Assembly: GCA_041393815.1 (NCBI GenBank)
Contig: JAWKJK010000002.1
Span: 620,916 to 684,915, forward strand
Length of the DNA stretch: 64,000 bases
DNA from: Candidatus Nanopelagicales bacterium
GTDB taxonomy: Bacteria > Actinomycetota > Actinomycetes > S36-B12 > JAWKJK01
Direction of reading: 5' to 3'
The notes under the pieces: model-generated
The model's input: only the letters and a program-made list of their open reading frames with translations
Told to the model about the DNA's origin: nothing
Database searches by the model: none
Shown here: positions 8,887-16,593 of the stretch, in pieces
Layout: each line of letters opens with the position of its first letter
How positions within the stretch are numbered: position 1 is the stretch's first letter
Position numbers and translations under genes: made by a program

Positions 8887-10767
8887 GTGGGAGCGTACGC
8901 CGAGGCCTACCGCCGCAGCATCGACGACCCGGACGGGTTCTGGGGGGACGCCGCGTCACTGGTGACCTGGGACTCGCCGCCGGAGGCGGTGCTGGACCGG
9001 TCCGCGGCGCCGTTGTACCGCTGGTACCCCGACGCGATGCTCAACACCTGCGCGAACGCCCTGGACCGCCACGTCGACGGTGGACACGGCGACCGGCCGG
9101 CCCTGCACTACGAGAGCCCGGTCACCGGCACCTCGCGCACCTACACCTACCGGGAGCTGCGTGAGGAGGTGGCGCGGTTCGCCGGTGTCCTCGCCGGCCT
9201 CGGCGTGGGCACGGGTGACCGGGTGCTGGTGTACATGCCGATGGTCCCCGAGGCGGTCGTCGCCATGCTCGCGACCGCGCGGCTGGGCGCGGTGCACTCC
9301 GTGGTGTTCGGCGGGTTCGCCCCGCACGAGCTGGCCCTGCGCATCGACGACGCCGAGCCGAAGGTCGTGGTGTCCGCGTCGTGCGGCATCGAGCCGAACC
9401 GGGTGGTCGCGTACAAGCCGATGCTGGACGAGGCCATCGAGGAGGCGACCCACGTCCCGGAGCGCTGCGTGGTCCTGCAGCGGCCGCAGGAGACCGCGGC
9501 GATGGGGGAGCGCGACGTCGACTGGGCCGAGGCGATGGCCACCGCTACCCCGGTGGACCCCGTGCCGGTGGCGGCCACCGACCCGCTCTATGTGCTCTAC
9601 ACCTCCGGCACCACCGGAAAGCCCAAGGGCGTGGTCCGTGACAACGGCGGCCATGCGGTGGCGATGGCGTGGAGCCTGCCGAACGTGTACGGCATCGGTC
9701 CGGGTGACACCTGGTGGGCCGCCTCCGACGTCGGCTGGGTCGTCGGCCACTCCTACATCGTGTACGCCCCGCTGATCGTCGGTGCCACGACCGTGCTGTA
9801 CGAGGGCAAGCCGGTCGGCACCCCGGACGCCGGTGCGTTCTGGCGCGTCGTCGAGAAGTACGGCGTGAACGCGCTTTTCACGGCTCCCACCGCGATCCGG
9901 GCCATCAAGAAGGAGGACCCGGACGGCGAGCACGTCCGCAACTACGACCTATCGTCGCTGCGCACGCTGTTCCTCGCGGGTGAGCGGCTCGACCCGGACA
10001 CCTACCACTGGGCGCACGACACCCTCGGCGTGCCCGTCGTCGACAACTGGTGGCAGACCGAGACCGGCTGGCCGATCGCGGCGAACCTGCGCGGCCTGGA
10101 GCCGATGCCGGTGAAGCCGGGCTCCCCGACTGTGCCGGTGCCCGGCTATGCGGTCGCGGTCGTCGACGAGCGCGGCGAGGAGGTCCCGGCCGGGGCCGAG
10201 GGCAACATCGTGATCCGGCTTCCGCTGCCGCCCGGGACTCTGCCCACGCTATGGGGGGACGACGACCGGTACGTGTCGTCGTACCTGTCGGCCTTCCCCG
10301 GGTCCTACACCACCGGGGACGGCGGCTTCGTCGACGAGGACGGGTACGTCTACGTGATGGGGCGCACCGACGACGTCATCAACGTCGCCGGGCACCGCCT
10401 GTCCACCGGCTCGATGGAAGCGGTCGTGGCCGCGCACCCGGATGTCGCCGAGTGCGCCGTGATCGGCGTGCACGACACGATGAAGGGCCAGGTGCCGCGC
10501 GCGTTCGTGGTGCTGAAGGCGGGCAGCACCGCGGAGCCGGCGGCGCTGCAGGCCGAGGTGGTGGCGGCCGTACGGCGCGAGATCGGCCCGGTCGCCGCAC
10601 TGAAGGAGGTCGTCGTCGTGCCCGCCCTCCCGAAGACCCGGTCGGGGAAGATCCTGCGCCGCACGATGCGCGGGATCGCCGACGGGCGGGACGAGCCGGT
10701 GCCGTCCACCATCGAGGACCCTCGGGTGCTGGACACGCTGACCCCGCTGCTGCGCCCCGGCGGCTGA
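8887..10767 (+). CDS. acyl-CoA synthetase (propionate/acetate-CoA ligase family)
   Basis: AMP-binding motif YTSGTTGKPKG. PrpE/Acs-like N-terminus (FWGDAA...LYRWYPDAMLNTCANALDRHV). RBS GGGAGGA lies before GTG 8887. Confidence 0.85.
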   Translation: MGAYAEAYRRSIDDPDGFWGDAASLVTWDSPPEAVLDRSAAPLYRWYPDAMLNTCANALDRHVDGGHGDRPALHYESPVTGTSRTYTYRELREEVARFAGVLAGLGVGTGDRVLVYMPMVPEAVVAMLATARLGAVHSVVFGGFAPHELALRIDDAEPKVVVSASCGIEPNRVVAYKPMLDEAIEEATHVPERCVVLQRPQETAAMGERDVDWAEAMATATPVDPVPVAATDPLYVLYTSGTTGKPKGVVRDNGGHAVAMAWSLPNVYGIGPGDTWWAASDVGWVVGHSYIVYAPLIVGATTVLYEGKPVGTPDAGAFWRVVEKYGVNALFTAPTAIRAIKKEDPDGEHVRNYDLSSLRTLFLAGERLDPDTYHWAHDTLGVPVVDNWWQTETGWPIAANLRGLEPMPVKPGSPTVPVPGYAVAVVDERGEEVPAGAEGNIVIRLPLPPGTLPTLWGDDDRYVSSYLSAFPGSYTTGDGGFVDEDGYVYVMGRTDDVINVAGHRLSTGSMEAVVAAHPDVAECAVIGVHDTMKGQVPRAFVVLKAGSTAEPAALQAEVVAAVRREIGPVAALKEVVVVPALPKTRSGKILRRTMRGIADGRDEPVPSTIEDPRVLDTLTPLLRPGG

Positions 10768-10784
10768 CGCCGCGGGCCCGTGGC

Positions 10785-11405
10785 CTACCAGGCCAGGGCA
10801 CCCCGTACGGCGAGCACGGCGCCGAACACCAGCAGCAGCACGCCGGAGCCGGCGAGGATCACCCGGTAGTGCCGCGCCGACAGCCGGTGCCGGCCGGCCG
10901 CCACCCCCCAGGCCAGCAGCACCTTGACGCCGACGAGCATGAGGTAGAAGCCGACCAGGAAGGCCACCGCGTCGCCGGGGGACTCCCGCCAGGCCGCGAC
11001 CAGGACGGTGCCCCCTGCGGTGAGCCAGAACAGCCAGGGGGCGGGGTTGGTGACGTTGGCCAGCGCTCCCTGCCGCAGCGCGGACGACGTCGACAGGGGT
11101 GCCGCAGCGGCAGCCTCCGTCGCCGGGTCCGCGCCGCGCGCCGCTCGCAGGGAGTCGACCCCGAACCACCCGACGACCACGCCGCCCACGACACCGAGTG
11201 CCGCCAGGGCCCGGTCCGGCAGCGCCGACAGGACGGTGAGGGAGAGCAGGATGATCGGGACGTCGGTGAGCAGGGGTGCCAACGCGACCCGCAGCCCGGC
11301 GGGGAAACCGCCGCGCAGGGTTGCCGACACGACCAGCACCAGGAGCGGCCCGGGAGCGACGCCGGACCCGAGTCCCAGTGCCAGCCCCGCCAGCAGCGCC
11401 TCCAC
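10785..11405 (-). CDS. LysE/RhtB family amino-acid exporter
   Basis: 206-aa polytopic membrane protein with a LysE-like N-terminus, MEALLAGLALGLGSGVAPGP. Confidence 0.75.
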   Translation of the reverse strand: MEALLAGLALGLGSGVAPGPLLVLVVSATLRGGFPAGLRVALAPLLTDVPIILLSLTVLSALPDRALAALGVVGGVVVGWFGVDSLRAARGADPATEAAAAAPLSTSSALRQGALANVTNPAPWLFWLTAGGTVLVAAWRESPGDAVAFLVGFYLMLVGVKVLLAWGVAAGRHRLSARHYRVILAGSGVLLLVFGAVLAVRGALAW

Positions 11406-11424
11406 GGGTCGTCAGCGCAGTGCG

Positions 11425-12597
11425 TCAGCGGTAGGCGGGGATCCCGGTCAGCGCCTGGCCGACGACGAGAGTGTGCATCTCGTTGGTGCCCTCGTACGTG
11501 AACACCGACTCGAGGTTGTTCATGTGCCGGATCACGGGGTACTCCAACGTGATTCCGTTGCCGCCGAGGATCGAGCGGCACTCGCGGGCGATGGCGAGCG
11601 CTTCCCGGGCGTTGTTGAGCTTGCCCACGCTGACCTGCTCCGGGCGGATCCGGTGCTCGTCCTTGAGCCGGCCGAGGTGGAGCGCGAGCAGCATCCCCTT
11701 GTCGAGCTCGAGCGCCATGTCCGCCAGCTTCTTCTGGGTCAGCTGGAAGCCGGCGATCGGCTTGTCGAACTGCTCGCGGTCGATGGCGTACGCGATCGCG
11801 GTCTCCAGGCAGTCGCGTGCGGCACCGAGGGTGCCGAAGACGATCCCGAAGCGGGCCTCGTTCAGGCAGGACAGCGGGCCGCGCAGACCGACCACCTCCG
11901 GCAGCACCGCATCACCCGGCAGCCGTACGCCCTCCAGCACCAGTTCCGACGTCACGGAGGCACGCAACGACAGCTTCTTGTGGATCTCGTTCGCCGTGAA
12001 CCCGGGGGTGTCGGTCGGCACCACGAACCCGCGGATGCCCTCGTCGGTTTGCGCCCAGACCACAGCCACGTCGGCGACGTTGCCGTTGGTGATCCACATC
12101 TTGGTCCCGTCCAGGACCCAGTCGTCACCGTCGCGCTTGGCCGCCGTGCGCATCCCGCCCGGGTTGGAGCCGAAGTCGGGCTCGGTCAGCCCGAAGCATC
12201 CGATGGCCTCGCCGGATGCCATGCGGGGCAACCACTCCTGCTTCTGATCCTCCGACCCGAACGCGTGGATCGCGTACATCGCCAGCGAACCCTGGACGCT
12301 GACCAGCGACCGGATGCCGGAGTCGCCGGCCTCGAGCTCCAGGCAGGCCAGGCCGTACGCGGTGGCGGAGGTGCCGGCGCAGCCGTACCCCTCCAGGTGC
12401 ATGCCCAGGAGTCCGAGCTCGCCCATCTCGCGGGCCAGCTCGCGGGCCGGGATGCTGCCGGACTCGAACCAGTCGGCCACGGCCGGGCGGATCCGGTCGT
12501 CGACGTACGCGCGGACGACATCCCGCATCGCGCGCTCCTCCTCCGACAGCAGGCCGTCGATGTCGAGCAGGGCGAAGGGGTGCTGCGGGCGGGACAC
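11425..12597 (-). CDS. gcdH: glutaryl-CoA dehydrogenase-like acyl-CoA dehydrogenase
   Basis: Acyl-CoA dehydrogenase motifs GCFGLTEPDFGSNPGGM and YEGTNEMH. Overall it resembles GcdH. GTG start with the RBS GGAGG 6 nt upstream. Confidence 0.82.
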   Translation of the reverse strand: MSRPQHPFALLDIDGLLSEEERAMRDVVRAYVDDRIRPAVADWFESGSIPARELAREMGELGLLGMHLEGYGCAGTSATAYGLACLELEAGDSGIRSLVSVQGSLAMYAIHAFGSEDQKQEWLPRMASGEAIGCFGLTEPDFGSNPGGMRTAAKRDGDDWVLDGTKMWITNGNVADVAVVWAQTDEGIRGFVVPTDTPGFTANEIHKKLSLRASVTSELVLEGVRLPGDAVLPEVVGLRGPLSCLNEARFGIVFGTLGAARDCLETAIAYAIDREQFDKPIAGFQLTQKKLADMALELDKGMLLALHLGRLKDEHRIRPEQVSVGKLNNAREALAIARECRSILGGNGITLEYPVIRHMNNLESVFTYEGTNEMHTLVVGQALTGIPAYR

Positions 12598-12652
12598 GGA
12601 TGACCTCCGGGGGACCGGTGCGGGTGGGTGCCGCGGGGAACGCTACCAGCGG

Positions 12653-12664
12653 ATTGGATCCAAT
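12653..12664. promoter_or_regulatory. perfect 12-bp palindrome ATTGGATCCAAT in the gcdH/CoA-transferase divergent region (candidate GntR operator)
   Basis: It lies in the only AT-richer patch of the intergenic region, immediately upstream of the -10-like TACAGT (12666-12671). Confidence 0.45.
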
Positions 12665-12678
12665 GTACAGTTACGCCC

Positions 12679-13851
12679 GTGACCGTCGACGCCGCTGATC
12701 CCGACGCCTCCGTCCCGCACGAGGAAGCCACCGCCGGCCCGCTGTCCGGCCTCCTGGTCGCCGACCTGTCCCGCGTACTGGCCGGTCCCTACGCCACCAT
12801 GCTGCTCGCCGACCTCGGCGCCGAGGTGGTCAAGGTCGAGCGCCCCGGGGCCGGGGACGACACCCGTGCCTGGGGCCCTCCGTACGGGGCCGACGGGCAG
12901 TCCACCTACTTCCAGTCCGTCAACCGCAACAAGCGGTCGGTGGCCCTCGACCTGCGCGACGGGGACGACCTGGCCCGCGCCCGCGAGCTCGCCCTGGCGG
13001 CGGACGTCCTCGTCGAGAACTTCCGTCCCGGCGCGCTGGACCGGATGGGGCTGGGCTACGAGGCGCTCGCGGCGGAGAACCCGCGCCTCGTCTACTGCTC
13101 GATCAGCGGGTTCGGGCGCGGCGCCGGGGCGGACCTGCCCGGTTACGACCTTCTGGTGCAGGCCATGGGCGGGCTGATGTCGATCACCGGCCCCGGGCCG
13201 GGAGAGCCCACCAAGGCCGGGGTGGCGGTGGTGGACGTGCTCACCGGGCTGCACGCCACTGTGGGCATCCTGGCCGCGCTGCGAGAGCGCGACCGGACCG
13301 GGCTCGGCCAGCGGGTCGAGGTCACCCTGCTCACGTCCCTGCTGTCCGCGCTGGTCAACCAGGCGTCCGCGTACGTCGGCGCCGGTGTGGTGCCGGGCAT
13401 CCTGGGCAACGCGCACCCGTCGATCTCGCCGTACGAGGTCTACCCCGCGTCGGACCGACCACTGGTCGTGGCCGTGGGCAACGACGGGCAGTTCCGCGCC
13501 CTCGCGGGGGTCCTCGGGGTCCCGGGGCTGGCGGACGACGAGCGGTTCGCGACCAACCCGGCCCGGGTGACGCACCGCGCGGCGCTGAAGGCCGAGCTCG
13601 ACGCGGTGCTGGCGACGCGGACCGCGGACGAGTGGCAGGCGGCGCTGACGGCGGCGGGGGTGCCGTGCGGTCCCATCAACGACCTGGCGTCGGCGTTCGC
13701 GCTGGCGGAGCGACTGGGTCTGCAGCCGGTGGCGTCGATCGCGGACCCGCGGCGGGACGAGCCGGTGCCCACGGTGGCGCACCCCGTCCGGCTGTCGCGC
13801 ACCCCGGCGACCTACCGAACGGCGCCGCCCCGGGTGGGGGAGGACGGGTGA
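12679..13851 (+). CDS. family III CoA-transferase (CaiB/BaiF)
   Basis: LLADLGAEVVKVERPGAGDDTRAWGPPY. GTG 12679 lies 7 nt after the -10-like TACAGT, so the transcript may be leaderless. An alternative GTG is at 12628. Confidence 0.85.
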   Translation: MTVDAADPDASVPHEEATAGPLSGLLVADLSRVLAGPYATMLLADLGAEVVKVERPGAGDDTRAWGPPYGADGQSTYFQSVNRNKRSVALDLRDGDDLARARELALAADVLVENFRPGALDRMGLGYEALAAENPRLVYCSISGFGRGAGADLPGYDLLVQAMGGLMSITGPGPGEPTKAGVAVVDVLTGLHATVGILAALRERDRTGLGQRVEVTLLTSLLSALVNQASAYVGAGVVPGILGNAHPSISPYEVYPASDRPLVVAVGNDGQFRALAGVLGVPGLADDERFATNPARVTHRAALKAELDAVLATRTADEWQAALTAAGVPCGPINDLASAFALAERLGLQPVASIADPRRDEPVPTVAHPVRLSRTPATYRTAPPRVGEDG

Positions 13852-14531
13852 GCAGCCCGGCCCGCGCCGCCGCTCCGCGGGCGAAGGCGTTCCGCCGGCC
13901 TCCGACCGCGCAGGAGGCCGTACTGGGTGCACTGCGGGACGAGATCGCCACCGGCGTGCTGGCCCCGGGGGAGCGGATCGTCCAGGACGCGCTGGCCGAG
14001 CGGTACGGCGTGTCCCGGGTGCCGCTGCGCGAGGCGCTGCGGATCCTGGAGGGCGAGGGCCGGGTGGTCTACCACCCGCACCGCGGGTACGTGGTGGCGG
14101 CGCTGTCGCTGGACGACCTGCGCGAGGTCTACCGGCTGCGCGAGCTGCTGGAGGCCGAGGCGCTGCGGTCGGCCGTACCGCGACTCACCGATGCGGATGT
14201 GGGGGCCCTGGCCGGCGTGCTGGCGGAGGTCGAGTCGGCCGACGACCTGCGCGACCTGGCCGAGGCGAATCGGCGCTTCCACTTCGCGCTGTTCGAGGCC
14301 AGCGACCGGCCGCGGCTGGTCCGGCTGCTGCACCAGCTGTGGGACGCCACCGACGCCTACCGCGCGGTCTACTTCGCCCAGCCGGCCGCGCGCCGTCGGG
14401 TGGACCGGGAGCACCGGGCCCTGCTGCGCGCCATCCGGGCCCGTGACGCCGACGCCGTGGTGGCCGCGCAGTCGGCGCACCGCGAGCACTCGGTGGCCGC
14501 CCTCGCCGCGGTCCTCGCCGACCGCGGCTGA
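13848..14531 (+). CDS. GntR/FadR-family transcriptional regulator
   Basis: wHTH RIVQDALAERYGVSRVPLREALRILEGEGRVV plus a helical FCD-like C-terminal domain. GTGA overlap with the preceding stop. Confidence 0.85.
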   Translation: MSSPARAAAPRAKAFRRPPTAQEAVLGALRDEIATGVLAPGERIVQDALAERYGVSRVPLREALRILEGEGRVVYHPHRGYVVAALSLDDLREVYRLRELLEAEALRSAVPRLTDADVGALAGVLAEVESADDLRDLAEANRRFHFALFEASDRPRLVRLLHQLWDATDAYRAVYFAQPAARRRVDREHRALLRAIRARDADAVVAAQSAHREHSVAALAAVLADRG

Positions 14532-14536
14532 ACCCG

Positions 14537-14582
14537 TGTGGTGCCGGTTGCGCGAGCTACAGCTCGCGCAACCGGCACCACA
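14537..14582. repeat. 46-bp palindromic repeat, copy 1
   Basis: TGTGGTGCCGGTTGCGCGAGCT-AC-AGCTCGCGCAACCGGCACCACA (22-bp arms). The second copy is at 44418-44463. Confidence 0.95.
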
Positions 14583-14614
14583 AGACGTGGACGGGTACGG
14601 CTAGCCTCCGCGGT

Positions 14615-15889
14615 ATGGGAGTGCTGGTGCGGGAGTACCACGACGACGACCTCGAGGCGGTCGTCCACCTGTGGGACGTGACCTCCGCCGAGCAGGGCTC
14701 GGTGTTCAGCGTGGCCGAGTGCATCGCGGCCGTACGCGCCGACGAGCCGGCGGTGGTCGCGGTCAGGGACGGCCGGATCGTCGGTGCGGCGCTGGCGTCG
14801 CTGGACAACGAGCGCGCCTGGGTGCTCCGCATCGCCGTGCACCCCGACCACCGCGGCGAGGGGATCGTGTCCGGTCTGCTGGTGGAGCTCGAGCGGCTGA
14901 GCGTGGACCAGGGCGCGCGCCGGATGGCGTACGTGCTCCCCGCCGAGGAGCAGCTCGCCGACGGCCTGCTCAACGCGGGCTGGAAGCGCCGGCCGGCGGC
15001 CGCGTACTTCGAGAAGGTAGGCGGGCTCGGCCCGGGCGAGCAGGGCCTGCTGGAGTCCCTCGGCGGCCGGGTCATCCCGACCGGCGCGTGGGACCGGATC
15101 GCCGGCATGGAGGAGGAGAAGACCCTCATCGACCGCCGGGTCGTGCTGCCGCTGCGGGAGCCGGAGCGGGCCGCCGCGCACGGAGTCCTGCCGCCTCGCG
15201 CGATCGTGCTGTTCGGGCCGCCCGGCACCGGGAAGACCACGTTCGCCCGTGGCATGGCATCGCGGCTGCAGTGGCCGTTCGTGGAGATCTTCCCCTCGCG
15301 GCTGGCGGCCGACGAGGGCGGTCTGGCCAACGCGCTGCGCCAGGTGTTCGCGCAGGTTGCCGACCTCGAGCGGGTGGTGCTGTTCATCGACGAGGTCGAG
15401 GAGATCGCACCGATGCGCGACGGGGTGGCGACGTCGCCGGCGCACGGGGTCACCAACGAGCTGCTCAAGCTGATCCCGGCGTTCCGCGAGCGCGACACCC
15501 GGTTGCTGGTGTGCGCGACGAACAGCGTCCGCTCGCTGGACTCGGCCTTCCTGCGACCGGGACGGTTCGACTATCTGATCCCGGTCGGACCGCCGGACGC
15601 CGACGCCCGGCGCGCGCTGTGGGCGCGGTTCACCGCCGGCCGGGAGGACGTGGACCTCGACGTGCTGGTGCGCGCGACCGAGGGGTTCACCCCGGCGGAC
15701 GTGGAGTTCGCCGCCCGGTCGGCGGCGCAGTCCGCGTTCGAGCGAGAGGTCGTGCACGGTGAAGCCGCTGGCCGGCCCGGGGCGACCACGGACGACTACC
15801 TGGTGGCGATCCGGCAGGTCCGGCCGACGGTGACGGCGGAGATCCGGCGGGACTTCCAGGAGGACATCGCGCGCTACGCGCGCACGTGA
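14615..15889 (+). CDS. GNAT acetyltransferase domain fused to a classical AAA+ ATPase
   Basis: N-terminal GNAT motif A (RIAVHPDHRGEGIVSGLL). C-terminal AAA+ module with Walker A GPPGTGKT, Walker B VLFIDEVE and SRH ATNSVRSLDSAFLRPGRFD. Confidence 0.85.
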   Translation: MGVLVREYHDDDLEAVVHLWDVTSAEQGSVFSVAECIAAVRADEPAVVAVRDGRIVGAALASLDNERAWVLRIAVHPDHRGEGIVSGLLVELERLSVDQGARRMAYVLPAEEQLADGLLNAGWKRRPAAAYFEKVGGLGPGEQGLLESLGGRVIPTGAWDRIAGMEEEKTLIDRRVVLPLREPERAAAHGVLPPRAIVLFGPPGTGKTTFARGMASRLQWPFVEIFPSRLAADEGGLANALRQVFAQVADLERVVLFIDEVEEIAPMRDGVATSPAHGVTNELLKLIPAFRERDTRLLVCATNSVRSLDSAFLRPGRFDYLIPVGPPDADARRALWARFTAGREDVDLDVLVRATEGFTPADVEFAARSAAQSAFEREVVHGEAAGRPGATTDDYLVAIRQVRPTVTAEIRRDFQEDIARYART

Positions 15890-15921
15890 CCTCGTGAGCA
15901 CCGCGCGCTACGCGCGCACGT
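15868..15921. repeat. 20-bp direct repeat (CGCGCGCTACGCGCGCACGT x2, 14-bp spacer) at a convergent gene junction
   Basis: Copies at 15868-15887 and 15902-15921. Each contains the 3' end of one of the two convergent genes. Confidence 0.9.
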
Positions 15922-16570
15922 CGGACCAGAACGCGTCGAGCAGGTGGTGCGCAGCCTGCCGGTGCCCAGCGTCGTGCAGCCGTGCGCCGGAGGTCATCTC
16001 CGCGACGACGTCGGGCGCCGCGCCGAGGCCCTCGGCCATCCGGCGCAGGACCGGTTCGTCGACCTCGGGATGGAACTGCACGCCCCAGGCCGTCCCGGTG
16101 CGGAACGCCAGCGTGCACCGCGGGCTGCTCGCGAGCACCTCGACCGCGGGGGGCACGGTGAACTCGTCCTCGTGCCAGACCATCCACGGCCCCGTTGGCA
16201 CCGGGTCGACCGCGTCCACGTCGAGCCAGCCGCGCTCGGTCACGTCCAGCCGGCGTACCTCCCCGCCGACGCACGAGGCGAGCAGCTGCGCGCCGTAGCA
16301 GATGCCCAGCAGCGGCGTGCCGTCGCTCAGGGCTCGCGCGACCAGGTCCCGCTCGCGCCGCTGCGACTCGACCACGTCGGCATCCGCGGGAAGCGCGACC
16401 GACCACGGAGACCCCATGAGCACCAGCAGGTCTGCGCCGTCGAGCGACTCCGGGGTCGGCAACGACTCGCGGTCCAGCCGTTGCACCGCCGAGCCCCGCG
16501 CGCCCAGCCAGTCCCCGAGGTGCCCGAGCTCGTGCGCGATCCAGGTGTGCGCGACGACGACGGCGCGCAT
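15908..16570 (-). CDS. class I glutamine amidotransferase-like protein
   Basis: Nucleophile elbow LLGICYGAQLL and the His/Glu pair in VQFHPE. Confidence 0.8.
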   Translation of the reverse strand: MRAVVVAHTWIAHELGHLGDWLGARGSAVQRLDRESLPTPESLDGADLLVLMGSPWSVALPADADVVESQRRERDLVARALSDGTPLLGICYGAQLLASCVGGEVRRLDVTERGWLDVDAVDPVPTGPWMVWHEDEFTVPPAVEVLASSPRCTLAFRTGTAWGVQFHPEVDEPVLRRMAEGLGAAPDVVAEMTSGARLHDAGHRQAAHHLLDAFWSDVRA

Positions 16571-16593
16571 CCCGTCGTCCGCTCAGCCCCGGG

